Positions 1-12,134 of a stretch of DNA of 64,000 bases are shown here, piece by piece. Position 1 is the stretch's first letter, and each line of letters opens with the position of its first letter. The stretch lies in assembly GCF_963921235.1 (NCBI RefSeq), contig NC_086097.1:46998001-47062000 (forward strand). The letters run 5' to 3'. The position numbers and the translations under genes are program-made. Under the pieces are notes generated by a model that was given only the letters and a program-made list of their open reading frames with translations, did not search any database and was not told the origin of the DNA. This stretch comes from Mobula hypostoma (Eukaryota).

Positions 1-1175
1 GTTGTTTCAATGTAAATACATATATGTTATGACTAGCTCAAACTGGAAGAGGAGCTTTTAAGATGGTATTGAGAGAGTCAAAGCTTTGCATTAGGAGTAC
101 AGAGAAGTCCCCCTGAAATAAATGGCTGAAGGAGTGCATCACTCAACCCATCAGCTATCAGCTGTGATCCCAAAGTAACCGCATTAGGCACCTCACAAGT
201 GCAAAATTTGGTTGGGAATAAGTCATCCTTGATCCCAAGAATTGCCTGAAAAGACACATTTCACATTTATATATCACCTAATTATATCCACTGGTCACCC
301 AAAGGAACTCAAGCCAAAGAAATGCTTTTAAAATGAGGCCACTATTGCAGAAAATGTAGTTGATCACAGGAGATATTTTAATGATAAAATGTTAGTGATA
401 AATTTAATCAATTGATATATTTTATGATTGTAAAATTATACTTGAAGGCCTTAAAGTTTCTTCTTTTAAAACATGTATTATATAAATAAATCTGAGTAAT
501 AACCAGTAAAGTCATTCATCTGTTTTGGTAGTCTCCACTTTGAGGTTGTTGGGTGGCTTATTCTATTCGTGAATATCTATAAATTACTAAAATTCTCATT
601 CTGTTTATCTGTTTGTCAGTTTGTCTGCTTGTGCCCTCAAATTAGCCCAAATGGTGCATTAAAGCGGCACTCTTTTTGACTGAATGGACTTAAAATGCGC
701 TAACTTACAGAGTGCATGCAAAGGTCAGGGTTATATTCGTATAAAATTGCTCGCTTGTCAACAGGCCCTGCTTTCCACGCCCGATTCCAGCTTTCATGGA
801 AACCGCGAGGCGACACCACAACGCATGTGCACATCCAGCCTCAGCAGCGCCTCACGATGCTTACAGCTGCGACACCAACCGCAGCGAAAGGGCAGGGGAG
901 GTCTATTTCGAGCGGTCACATTCTGCTAATCACCATCAGCTTGTGCAGGATTGGGACAGATCAAACTGCGACCTATCAATAAGAGATAATTAAATCTTAT
1001 TGCAATGAAGTACTTCAAAACAACCATCAAATTCTTTGTTGCAGTCAAAGGACAGTGGTGACTATATCACGTCCATTTAGGAGAGCGCCAACCACATCAT
1101 CAAGATAAATCAGCATCGTGGAGGCTTTGGTGTTACTGCTTCGTATCTTCTATCTAGCATTAAGGTAAAAAAAAT

Positions 1176-2820
1176 ATGGTCAGCCTAATTATGCCACGTG
1201 GAAAGAGAAGGGAGACATTATGGTCAAGAGATTACGCCAAATGTCATCAGGAAGCGGCAAGGAGAGGGAGAGAACAAGAATTGGATGAGGCCAGGGCCAC
1301 ACGACTCCAGGATCAAAGAGTCAGGACAAAAAAGATGAGAGAAGAAGAGACAGAGGAGGAGAGGCATGCACGTCTCCAAAATGACAATAGTCACAGAAGG
1401 AAGAGAGAACAAGAATCTGATCAGGCCAGAGCTGCATGACTGTGGGATCAGAGAGAAAGAACAAATGGTTGAAGAGATGAAGGATGAAAGGGCTTCGCAT
1501 CTCCAGAATGACAACTGGCATAGAAGGACGAGAGAGTAAGAGACAAAGGAGCTGAGGAATGCACGTCTCCAGGATCAGAGACAAAGAACAAACGGCAGAA
1601 GAGATGAAGAGACGGGGGATGAAAGGGCTGCGCATCTCCAGAATGACAAAAACAGGCACAGAAGGAGGGGAGAGGAAGAGACAGAGGAGAAAAGGAAAGA
1701 TTGATTCGAGAATATGCGGCAAAGAGTAATTGCAAGAGTTGCTGAAGACGACAATGCCCGCTTTCAATGAAATACCTCAACAGAAAAAGAGCAAGACAAA
1801 ATGCACGACTCGCATGCCGTAACGTTTCTACAGATGTTGGTTCGATGATCAGAGTATGCCTTCCTATTTACTGGAGAAACCGCAAATTTCTGCTGTATGA
1901 AGGGAAAGGTCAGGATAGGCAATTTGCAAGCTCTACCCAATGAACTCAAGTTATACAGCAATGATGAACCTATTGCAAACGATTTCAGGAAGAACATCAG
2001 ACAGTACAGTTGCCTCTTCCAAATGACATCTTTTGGTGCCAAAGAAGTCCTTCCAACGAGGAATGGATGGAATTCTTCTGTGATTATTCAAGGCCAAATC
2101 CATCATTACTTCGGACACTTAATGCCAGACCCTAACCAGCAAGCCCGATTCCTTCAAATTTACTTCATGGATCCTCAAGACAACGTAGAATTGAGAATGG
2201 GGATGCTATGGAATGATGGAATTCAACGTGAGATTGTTGAATTATTGGAAAACCTACAGCAACGAAAACCATACATTGCGTCCCTTCGACTTGCAAAAGA
2301 ACAAATTCAAGGCATGCCAGAGGCGTCCATTGTAAGCCCGATTCCTTCAAATTTACTTCATGGATCCTCAAGACAATGTAGAATTGAGAATGGGGATGCT
2401 ATGGAATGATGGAATTCAACGTGAGATTGTTGAATTATTGGAAAACCTACGGCAACGAAAACCGTACATTGCGTCCCTTCGACTTGCAAAAGAACAAATT
2501 CAAGGCATGCCAGAGGCGTCCATTGTCATTGATCCTGACCGGAGACGAGCATTTGAACATGAGAGAAGATTTAATGCACAAATTGCCAAAGAAATCGCTG
2601 TCATTATACCGAACAGCACTGAACAGGAAGCAAGATTATGGCAGATTGTGTTGAAAGAACGAGGAGGTGATTTGCAACTAATTTCAGAGTCCCATTGCTC
2701 ATATAACAGCTTTCAATACGTACTTTTTTTTCCACTTGGAGACGATGGCTAGTATCGTCAACTCCGAATGATGAACAACAAGAAACTGACTTCAATGCGT
2801 TATTATGCATATCGAATTAA
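1176..2820 (+). pseudogene. Disrupted Helitron RepHel N-terminal coding region
   Basis: Charged ~23-aa repeats, then FCCMKGKV, FRKNIRQYSCLFQMTSFG, IQGQIHH, FLQIYF, QYVLFFPLGDDG and MRYYAYR, all typical of the segment preceding the Helitron Rep domain. Has stops and frameshifts; no HUH or PIF1 helicase part seen. Confidence 0.82.
2141..2526 (+). repeat. 193-bp tandem duplication inside the Helitron
   Basis: 2141-2333 is repeated almost exactly at 2334-2526; both copies start aagcccgattccttc and end gcgtccattgt. Confidence 0.97.
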
Positions 2821-3574
2821 TAAACTGAGTTTTCTTCTTTAATTTCCAAAGCAAAGCGATCGCTGTAGCATTCAGGGAAATTTAATGTTCATTCTGGTCA
2901 CATCAGACTGCACTACCTTTCTCTCAAAGGGTGCCCCAACTGGTCACCCGGTTGTCTGGTAATCCTCACTGCTTGCTAAAACTTAATACTTCCATTCTTT
3001 CTCCAAGCCTCCTATTAATTTTAGATCTACATAATATCATTGTCCTGAATCTGAAACAAAAACAGATATGTTGGAATAACATTTTGGTTAAAGGTGCTTC
3101 ATCAGAAGTTCTTATGAAGAGTCTTTGGCCTGAAATGTTAACCAGCTTATTTTTCCACATTTGCTGTTGGATTCGCTGAGTTCTTCCAGGATCTCTAGTA
3201 CTGCTTTAACCTCTGATACTTTAATGCTGTTACGGACTGAACCTCTGGAATTCAGAAACTTTTACTGAGACTTTTAACCTTAACCATCACTTAGTGTTTA
3301 AATATCGCCATAAACTTTCTTGGTTTCTTCAGATTTTGCTTTCTGCCCCCTATTGCATGTATTTTAAATTGCTCCATGTCTGTAGAGCACAAAAGCTCAA
3401 CTTTAGACATGTTAACCCGAGTTGAGGTTTGTTGCATTAAAATGCATCGATTTCATGGTATATATGTATATCAACAGTGGAATATGTATATGTGTGTAAA
3501 ATATATACACACTTTGATCATGAAATGGATTTGTAACTGCTAAGACATTAATATCTTTTTATACTTCATTTCAG

Positions 3575-3769
3575 CACACTTCACATATGGATGGCCGTTC
3601 AGAAGTTTCTTCTCGGTCAGCCCGCTCTGGGGGAGCACGATGCCGTAATTCGATTACATGTTGTGCTGATGAACAGCCACACATAGGAAATTATAGGCTC
3701 TTGAAAACTATAGGCAAGGGAAACTTTGCCAAGGTAAAGCTGGCTAGACACATCCTCACCGGAAGAGAG
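3575..3769 (+). CDS. MARK3: MAP/microtubule affinity-regulating kinase 3, internal coding exon (equivalent to exon 2), 195 nt, phase 0/0
   Basis: Acceptor tttcag (AG 3573-3574) and donor GTaaat at 3770. Translates [65 protein letters not shown], including the GKGNFAKV glycine-rich loop. The HTSH.DGR.EV N-terminus fits MARK3 better than MARK1/2/4. Confidence 0.93.
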
Positions 3770-4299
3770 GTAAATTAATATGCAAAATTATTTATTCTTT
3801 CATTTGTTCATACGTTTGAATTATGACTTAATGATCTCAAGTCAACACGAAAAAATGTAATAGTACATGTAGCTCTTTTCTGTAGAAGAACAAAAGAAAA
3901 ATTGCAGCTGTTTGTATTCTAACTTGAAAACATAGGATGCGGAAAATACCAGTGGAGAGAAAAATAGGGTGAATGGTTCAGCTCAGTGACAGTTGGTCAG
4001 AATTGAGGAAAGTTTAGAAAATAAATATGATTTAATTTGCAGAGAAAGGAGCGGGTGGAGAAGAATGTCTATGATAGGGTGGAGTCAAAGAGAGATTGAA
4101 TGACTAAAGCTTTTACTGAGAGTGTTGACCAAAAGGATTGATAAAAGCTAGCTTATTTTAGATTATTTGCCTACTGGGGATGCAAATAAGTAAAGAGGAG
4201 AGGGAAAATAAAGCAAAAGCTGCAATACAGTACAAAATACAACAAGCATAACATTGTAGATGTTGAAAAGCTGAAATATAAATGAAATTCAGAAGCAGG

Positions 4300-4830
4300 T
4301 TTATTACCATTGTTTTAAATGGTATGAAATTTGATTTTCAGCAGCTGTGTCATGCAAATACATAAAATTACTATAAACTACAAAATAGTGCAAAAAGAAA
4401 GGAATAATGAGGTTCACGGATTCATGGACCAGTCAGGAATCTGATGACAAAAGGAAAGAGGTTGTTTCTGAATCATTGAGTGCGGGTCTTAAGGCTGCTG
4501 AATGAACTCGTACTGAGAAGAGGGTATGTCCTAGATGGTGAGGGTGCTTAGTGATGGATGCTGTCTTGCAACACTGCCTCTTGAAGATGTGCTGGATGGT
4601 GGGGTGGGCTGTGCCCATGAAGGAACTGGCTGATTCTCCATCTCTCTGCAGCCCCTTGTAATATTGTGCATTGGAGATGCCATATCAGGTGGTGATGCAG
4701 TCTGAGTGGTCTCTACTGTACATCTGTAGAGTCTTTGGTGACGTACCAAATCTCCTGATGATATGAACTCCCAATGAAGTAGAGGATTGGTGCATGTTCT
4801 TCCAACTTCCTCTTCTTGAAGTCTAAAATT
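4300..4830 (-). mobile_element. Rex1/Babar-type LINE 3' fragment, decayed
   Basis: Minus-strand peptides LILDFKKRK..HAPIL and ASITKHPHHLGHTLFS match the Rex1-like copy at 55545-56965. Confidence 0.65.
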
Positions 4831-4859
4831 AATTTCTTGGTCGATGTTGGTATACAGTG

Positions 4860-5420
4860 ACTAGGAATAGTTTGCTCATTGGCCAACATCTGATTGGAAA
4901 GGAAAGACAAGTTATTGATTTAGGTCTGTGATTACTGGTATTCCACAAGCATTGGTACTGGGACCTCTGCTGTTTGTGATGTGTATACAATGACCTGGAT
5001 GAAAATGTGGATGGGTGGGTTAGTAAGTTTGCAGGTGATCTGAAGATTAATGGCATTGTGGGTAGCATAGTAGACTTGCAAAGAATATAGTGGGATATAG
5101 ATCAGTTGCAGAAATGGGTAGAGAAATGGCAGATTGGGTTTAGCCCTGCCAATTATGAAGTATTGTACCTTGAATCAAATTTAAAGAGACAGTAGACTGA
5201 AAGGATCTAGTGCTTTCCTAGCGTTTATGATGAATAATAACTCTTCTTGGGCTTCAAGCTGGGTACAAATATTGATTATAACCGACATTATAATCCCTGA
5301 AGAAGATGGCAGAGTTTGTCATTAAAAAAACGTTGATTGTAATCGATACCTGTACCCGGCTTGAAGCCCGAAAAGGTTTATTAGACAGTAGATTGTTAAG
5401 GGCAAGGCTGTTAACGAGGT
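4860..5420 (+). mobile_element. CR1 LINE RT fragment, interrupted at 5197-5382
   Basis: Decayed NDLDE..SKFAGD / WAEKWQ-type coding sequence shared with the other CR1 copies. Confidence 0.7.
5197..5382 (+). mobile_element. Small inverted-repeat insertion, probably Penelope-derived, with a decayed hammerhead core
   Basis: 10-bp TSD agacagtaga at 5187-5196 and 5383-5392. About 50-bp imperfect inverted arms at 5236-5286 and 5332-5382, enclosing CTGAAGA-stem-AAACGTT. Confidence 0.65.
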
Positions 5421-5931
5421 GTGGAATTTAAAAAAAGTTCAAATGGGTCTTGAACTTGCAGTTGGTTTCTCCAGTTTTGGAAGGGCAACAGTACATTCTG
5501 TTGAAATAATTACTAATGAAACACAAGCCTGAAACAATATTGTTTTATTTTCTGTCTTTACTTGCCTGATATGCTGAGTATTTCCAGCATTCTTTTTTAT
5601 TTCAGGTTTCTAGTATCTGCAGTATTCAACTGTGATTAGTAAGCTTTCACTCTCTCACCTAGTGCCTCCACTATATGTCATTCACTTTCTGGGTCTGCAC
5701 TCTTCTACTGACATTTCTTTTAATCTTTCTACTTCTCTGCAACTTTAAGCTTGTGGATTTCTAGCTTTTCCTGTTTTTATTTGACCTGAAATCATAATTC
5801 TCTCATTCCACTTGACTTGTTGAGTACTTCTAGTGTACTAATATATTCTGATGGCCCTTGACTTTCCAAGAAGGTACACACAAAACTTCTGCCATTGTGG
5901 AGTATTGGAAATAAACGTATGAAATTGAAGA

Positions 5932-6520
5932 GCAACACACATAAAAGTTGCTGGTGAACGCAGCAGGCCGGGCAGCATCTCTAGGAAGAGGTACAGTCGA
6001 TGTTTCGGGCGGAGACCCTTCGTCAGGACTAACTGAAAGAAGAGCTAGTAAGAGATTTGAAAGTGAAAGGGGGAGGGGGAGATCCGAAATGATAGGAGAA
6101 GACAGGAGGGGGAGGGATGGAGCCAAGAGCTGGACATGGATATGAGAGAATCATGGGACAGGAGGCCTAGGGAGAAAGAAAAGGGGGAGGGGGGGAAAAG
6201 CCCAGAGGATGGGCAAGGGGTATAGTGAGATGGACAGAAAAAGGAGAGAGAGAGAGAAAAAGAATGTGTGTATATAAATAAATAACAGATGGAGTACAAG
6301 GGGGAGGTGGGGCATTAGCGGAAGTTTGAGAAGTCAATGTTCATGCCATCAGGTTGGAGGCTACCCAGACAGAATATAAGGTGTTGTTCCTCCAACCTGA
6401 GTGTGGCTTCATCTTGACAGTAGAGGAGGCCGTGGATAGACATATCAGAATGGGAATGGGACGTGGAATTAAAATGTGTGGCCACTGAGAGATCCTGCTT
6501 TCTCTGGCGGACAGAGTGTA
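5932..6520 (-). mobile_element. Penelope-like element 3' end (GIY-YIG C-terminus plus pseudo-LTR)
   Basis: Minus strand encodes LEEQHLIFCLGSLQPDGMNIDFSNFR*, then a pyrimidine-rich tract and a hammerhead motif. Near-identical to the copies at 20390 and 23669. Confidence 0.8.
5995..6030 (-). ncRNA. Minimal hammerhead ribozyme motif, slightly decayed
   Basis: Reverse complement reads agtc-CTGACGA-a-gggtctccgccc-GAAA-ca-TC-gact. Confidence 0.65.
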
Positions 6521-6714
6521 GGAAGAAGTCACCTTAAAATATATTTTTTTTGCACTGCATAAATTCAGTATGAAAGGCTGAGGTTAAATATTAATTTGTT
6601 CTCTCTCCTCTTAATTCAGCAGCAAAATATTCTGTGCAATCTACTTTTAACTTAATGTGGTCCATCTAACTACTTTCTTCCCTTTCTGAATTTCTGTTAT
6701 CTTGGGATATGCTA

Positions 6715-9090
6715 GCATCAAACATCCTGTACAAGGCCACAGATTCTCATAGCTATTGTGACTATACTTCCCACATTGCCATCTGTAAGGATATCATTTT
6801 ATTTTCTCTGTTCTTGTGATGCCTTTGCTTAGGCAATGAACATATATGTGCAGGTATCTCTGCAATGCTTTCCTTTTACTGAGCCATGATTTCCCCTTCC
6901 TATAGTGGGTGGAGCCCAAGACTACATCTTGCCTGTTTCCCAAAATTCTGCTCTCAACCCCTCTCCTCCTGAATGGAGCAAGAACAGTTTCCCTGTTTCT
7001 CATCATCTTCCAAGCAATCTCAGCATTCAGTGAATCATCCTTTGCAGTTTTTATCACTCCAGCAGGATTACACCACCAGACACATTCTTCTTATGTCCCC
7101 TTTCAGCATTTTGAAGGGATCATTCATTTCACTACCTGTTTTAATTTTCCATTGTCTCCTATCATTCCCCCTCTTGTGGTACTTGCCCATGTGATTGCAA
7201 GAGATGCAGCAGCACAGTCTTCATCTCTTCCTATTCCAGCATCAAGTGACCAAGCAATAGAGGTGAAGCAGTAATTCACTTGCCTTTCTTCCAATCCGGA
7301 GACAAGATTTATGCGTTTGAAGAAGCATAGTCTGATTAGGGATGGTCAGCATGGCTTTGTGAGAGGCAGGTTGTGTCTCATGAGCCTGATTGAATTTGAG
7401 GCGGTGACAAAACAAACTGAAGTTAGAGCAGTGTACATGGATTTTAGCAAGGTGCTTGACAAGTTCTAACTGGAAGGCTTATTCAGAAAGTCAGGAGGCA
7501 TGCTATCCGGGGGAACTTGGTTTGCGTTGATTCAGAATTGGCTTGGGTAGTATTCTGATTAACTCACTGACCAGTGGTGTTCCTCAGGGATCTATTTTGT
7601 GACTCCTGGTCTTTGTCATTTTTATAAATTACTTGTTTGAGGAAGTGGAAGGTGGTTCATAAGTTTGCAAATGACGAGAAAGTTGCTTGTTTTGTAGATA
7701 GTGTAGAAGGTTGTCGTAGGTAACAGCGGGATAGGATGCAGAGCTGGTTTGAGAAGTGGCAAGTGGTGGCAGAAGGATCTTTGGGTCCATGTCCATAGAT
7801 CCTTGAAAGTTGCCACACAAGTTAATAGAGTGATTAAGAAAGTGTATGGTGTTTTGGCCTTCATTAGTTGGGTGAATGAGTTCAAGAGTCACGAGGTGAT
7901 GTTGCAGCTTTATAAAACTTTGGTTAGATCACACTTGGAGTATTGTGTTCAGTTTCTGGTCACCTCATTATAGGAAGGATGTGGAAGCTTTAGAGAGGGT
8001 GTAGAGGAGACTTACGAGGATGCTATCTGGATTAGAGCACCCATATTTTATTAGGATAGGTTGTGAGCTCGGGCTTTTATCTTTGGAGTGAAGGAGGATG
8101 AGAGGTACCTTGATAGAAGTGTAAAAGATGATAAGAGGCATTCTTAGTGAACAGCTAGTGCCTATTTTCCAGGTCAGCAATGACTAATATGAGAGGGCAT
8201 AGTTTTAAGGTGATTGGAGGAAAGTATGATGGGATGATGTCAGAGGTAGGTTTTTTACAGAATGGTAAATGCATGGAACATACTGCTAGGGGTGATGGTA
8301 GAGACAGATAGATATATTTTGGAAATCTAAGCCACTCATAGATAAGCACATGGATGAAAGAAAAATGGAAGGTTCAGTTGATATTTGGAATAGGTAAAAA
8401 GATTGGCATAACATAATGGGCTGAAGGGCTTATAATGTGCTGTACTATTCTATGTTCTAGCTTACTGCATTCAGTGTTCACAGTGTGGTCTTGATGTTGG
8501 AGAAATCAAATGCAACTTCGTAGAGATTCTGCTTTCAGTCTACAGGTTACCATGCACTTGAATTTCTGGTCCCATTCCTATTGCCACTTTGCCCTGTCAG
8601 TTTTCAGCCTCCTACTTTGTTATGAGAGTCCCCTATTTGAGGGACAAATCCTCATTTCTTTTCATCTAGGTACGTTGCAGCCTTCTGGACTCAATGTCAA
8701 ATTTTCTGACTGTTGGTAACCTGTTCTTTTTGTCTGTATCACTTTTTTTGTCTGTATCATATGGCTATTTTTGCCAATAACCCAGCTATTATTTTGCTCA
8801 GATTTTGTTTCTGTTGGTATTGTTTGGTCTACTGGCATATCCCACATCTTTGCATTCAGCAATCGAAAAGTATCATCTAATCTAATCCAAATGCCACATT
8901 ACCATATCAGAGAGATTCCCTTTATTCTGCACATTCCTCAGCTACTAAAATCTACCTTGCTTTCTCCCTTTCCTGGTTATGATAAGGGGCTTCAACTTCA
9001 ACTATTTCTCTTTCTATAGATGCTGCTTGACCTCCATAATTATGGGTTTTCAGTTTAGATTTCCAGTATGTGCGAATTTTTGATTTTCAT
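6715..9090 (+). mobile_element. Older Penelope-like element (RT thumb plus GIY-YIG remnants), split by a CR1 insertion
   Basis: TDSHSY.DYTS-like remnant near 6740. After the CR1 it resumes at 8461 with YCIQCSQCGL and ends FHLGTLQPSGLNVKF near 8720, followed by a decayed terminal repeat. Confidence 0.65.
7296..8460 (+). mobile_element. CR1 LINE, 5'-truncated and decayed
   Basis: QHGFVRGRLCL..LIEF and LYKTLVRSHLEYCVQF; 3' UTR ends in a tattctatgttcta tail. Confidence 0.88.
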
Positions 9091-9947
9091 TAGTAGAGTG
9101 CAAGTATGAGGAAGGTATTATTATCCATTACTGGCATTGTGTGTTAAATTAAAAGTAGTAACTGCTTTCATTGTGTGGTTAAAATGTATTTACAAGTTTA
9201 TATATAAAAGCTTTATAACAAAAACAATTGTATATATTTTCATGATAATGGTTGAAGCAGAAATTGAGCATTTAAGTTTAACTTGGATGTGGAAATAAAG
9301 GGAACAGAATTGATAATGTTCCTTACATCAAGGTTAAATAGCATAGTGTACTAGTGTTTCCTGTTGTTACCTATCTAGTTCACAAGTGCTGATACGGAGT
9401 TGCAGCTTTTTTGTAAAGTGATATTATTGTAGTCTAAATATATCACAAAACTTTGGTATAATTTGTAAATAGGAATACTTTTGTTCAAGAATTGTTTCCC
9501 ACTTTAGGTGTTTATTTTGTGTGCAATACTTTAAATGTATCTGCATTTAATTTAATGCTGTAATTAATTCATTTTTTCATGAACTAACTAATTCTATTGT
9601 TACCAAAATCTTTGACCATAATTTTATTTCTCTTAGATATTTTGTGCTATTGACAATTATCACTACACATCCTTGTTTGATGCCCTTTACTGAATTAAAA
9701 TTGCAATGTGGCATAGTAATGCTACTACTTCCTGCTGTGATATAGTTAATATTGTTATTTGAAAGATAAGTTTGTTTTATCTGGATTAAAATTTGGATAT
9801 TAAGTAGTTCATGAACATCAGAACATGTCTACATATTTCAAGACCGACAAAAAGATTTTATGCATTTTGATTTACATAGACTAATCAAATAACTCTGGTT
9901 ACTTTAAAAAAGGAGACGTTGCTCATTTCTAAATTTGGTTCTTCTAG

Positions 9948-10001
9948 GTTGCAATAAAAATTATCGACAAAACACAGCTGAATCCTACAAGTTTGCAAAA
10001 G
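9948..10001 (+). CDS. MARK3: MARK3 coding exon (equivalent to exon 3), 54 nt, phase 0/0
   Basis: Acceptor cttctag (AG 9946-9947) and donor GTaggg at 10002. Translates VAIKIIDKTQLNPTSLQK (catalytic Lys motif), continuing in frame from the previous exon. Not in the ORF track. Confidence 0.95.
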
Positions 10002-11269
10002 GTAGGGAAGTTTAGTTATTTTGGAAACGTTTGTTTAAATTCCCTTAGATCTGTTAGTACTTCAATATTTTATTGTGATTTGGTGTAAACTGTGAATATA
10101 ATTTGGTGCAGGGTGTGAATTTAGGTGAGTTTCAAAGTGTGAAACATGGTTACTTAAGATAACCATTAAACTTTTTTTGCAATACTTTATTTGGGGAAAA
10201 AACGATAAAACCAAGATTGCTGCATTCCAGCAGCTTACTATTGATATAAAACAATTAAAGTCATGGTGGGAAATGAATGTGTTTTCTGAAGGTTGAATAT
10301 AGGAACTTGTTTGTTTCATTCATGTATAGCTCATTATGCAAGCAGAGAAATTTGAAACAACCATTGAACTATGGCTGTGCCCTTAAAACAAATCTAATGA
10401 AAACAGAAAACCTTTGCCCTTACCTGAAATAGCAATATTCAGAAAGGCAATTTAATTTTAATGTGTTTTATTGTACGACATATATTTTCATCTGTTTTTG
10501 TAATTGCTTAGTATTTTGATGTATAACTTATAAGTAGTTGGGTGTTCAAACTTGCAATATAATATTTATAAAGGTTTAAGATAAAACCAAGTGGAATATT
10601 AGCCTAAAATTCTGTTTCCTTTACTATGGAGCTATCCAGTAGGTCCCACTCTTTGGCTAAAAACCATAAAACTTTAGGGTTTTAGTTATTTTTCATTTAA
10701 TTTTTATCCAATTTTCTTTCAAAAGTTATTGAATCTAATTTCATCATCCTTTTAGATATTGCATTTAATGATTAATAGAAGTTAAATCAGTACCTCTGGT
10801 GATAAATCTTCCTGTTACTAGAGACAGTTTCTAATTTACTCTAATTTGTTTGTGCTTTTAGACATTTCTACCATTACTTCTCCAGTCTATCACATAATTG
10901 AAGTCCTTTAACTCTTGAATCTATCTAGCAAATATCTGAAAGAGTGAAGCCCTGCTAAACTTCCTGAAGACTACCCAGAAATGAACATTAATATCTGGTT
11001 GAGGCTAAACAGTGTTTTATTAAAGATCATTGTAACTTTGTATTGTTTATTAATAAAACCAGGGATTTTGTATGTTTTTTAAAATACCCTTCTCAGCTGT
11101 CTTTGCCATCTACAAGGATATTTGTGTACATATATTGTTCTCAGTTCTTTTCTGCACCATCTTTAACATTGTGTAATTTTTCTATTGACTTTGCTCATTA
11201 TTTCCTTCCTCTTTTCCATTACACTTCCTAGTGTCCTAGCATTTCCTTAACTGATCAAGATCTCCTTGT

Positions 11270-12035
11270 AACCTACGACGAGGCGTTGGTCAGACCATGC
11301 CTGGAATATGCTGAACCCCTTATCTAAGACAGGATGTGCTGTCATTGGGTCCAGAGAAGGCTTGCAAGAATGATCCCAGGAATGAGGAATGAAAGGGTTA
11401 ATATATGAAGAGCATTTGATGTCTAGTCTGTGCTTGCTAGAATTTATAAGGACTGGGGGGGAATCTCATTGAAACCTATTGAATTTTGCAAAGCCCAGAT
11501 AGAGTGGACATGGGAAGGATTCATCACTTTTACTAGGGCAGAGGCTACCAACAGCAACTTGCTAGAGTCCTCTGCCCTGGGCCAATCTTTCAGTTTATCC
11601 TCGGGTGTAGCCCATCTTTGAAGATCCTTCCTCTCTTGGGGATGAGTTCTTTGAAACTTTTGTTGATGTTTCTGTAACTCTGGGTTTTTATGTGATGGTG
11701 TTGCTAACACCATACTCAGCTCTCTTCGCAGTTGGGTTTAGGACCAACCATGGCAGAATTACCAGAGGGCGTAGTTTCAGAATACAAGAATGTCCCTTTT
11801 GAGCAGAGATGAGGGTGGTGAATCTGTGGAATTGATTGCCACAGGAGGCTGTAGAGGCCAATTCATTGGGTATATTTAAAGCAGAAGTTGATTCTTGATT
11901 AGGAAGGGTGTCTTGGGTTCAGGGAGAAGGCAGGAGAATGGGCTTTAGGAGGATAATAAATCAACCATGATAGAATGGCAAAGCAGACTCAATGAGCTGA
12001 ATGGCCTAATTCTGCTCCTACATCTTGTGGTCTTA
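11270..12035 (+). mobile_element. CR1 LINE 3' fragment
   Basis: LVRPCLEY remnant, gggtggtgaatctgtggaatt, and 3' end aatggcctaattctgctccta...tggtctta. Confidence 0.8.
11520..11757 (-). mobile_element. Short insertion in CR1, possibly an RTE-related non-autonomous element
   Basis: Interrupts CR1 collinearity. The minus-strand head ggttggtcctaaacc...gctgagtatggtgttagcaacaccatcacataaaaacc resembles RTE-type 5' UTRs. Confidence 0.4.
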
Positions 12036-12134
12036 CCATCCTTACTATTAATAACACCTCTGAATTTCATGTCAGCTGTTCGTTTACTGATCGGATGTGG
12101 GTGGATTTGTGAAACGAGCAAGCCCCTGACCGAA

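Larger units (their letters stand above)
576..2959 (+). mobile_element. Helitron, non-autonomous internal-deletion derivative
   Basis: 5' end A|TCTATAAATTACTAAAA followed by a GTCT/GTTT-rich tract. 3' end has a GC-rich hairpin (gggtg...caccc, 2929-2949) then CTGG|T (CTRR consensus, A/T target). Contains a degraded RepHel N-terminal region. Confidence 0.8.

Noticed and set aside
1260..1700. Spaced repeats as a CRISPR-like array
   Set aside because: They are degenerate coding repeats in a eukaryotic Helitron, with no constant repeat/unique spacer structure and no cas genes.
3770..3778. ORF-track extension VN* of the kinase ORF as a truncated protein
   Set aside because: This is read-through past the GT donor at 3770; the frame continues at 9948.
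5948..6145. Recurring ORFs of the MLVNAAG.AASLGRGTVDVSG type (also 20544, 23658, 30602) as a small-protein family
   Set aside because: They are antisense readings of the non-coding PLE terminal repeat, with variable length and no consistent frame.
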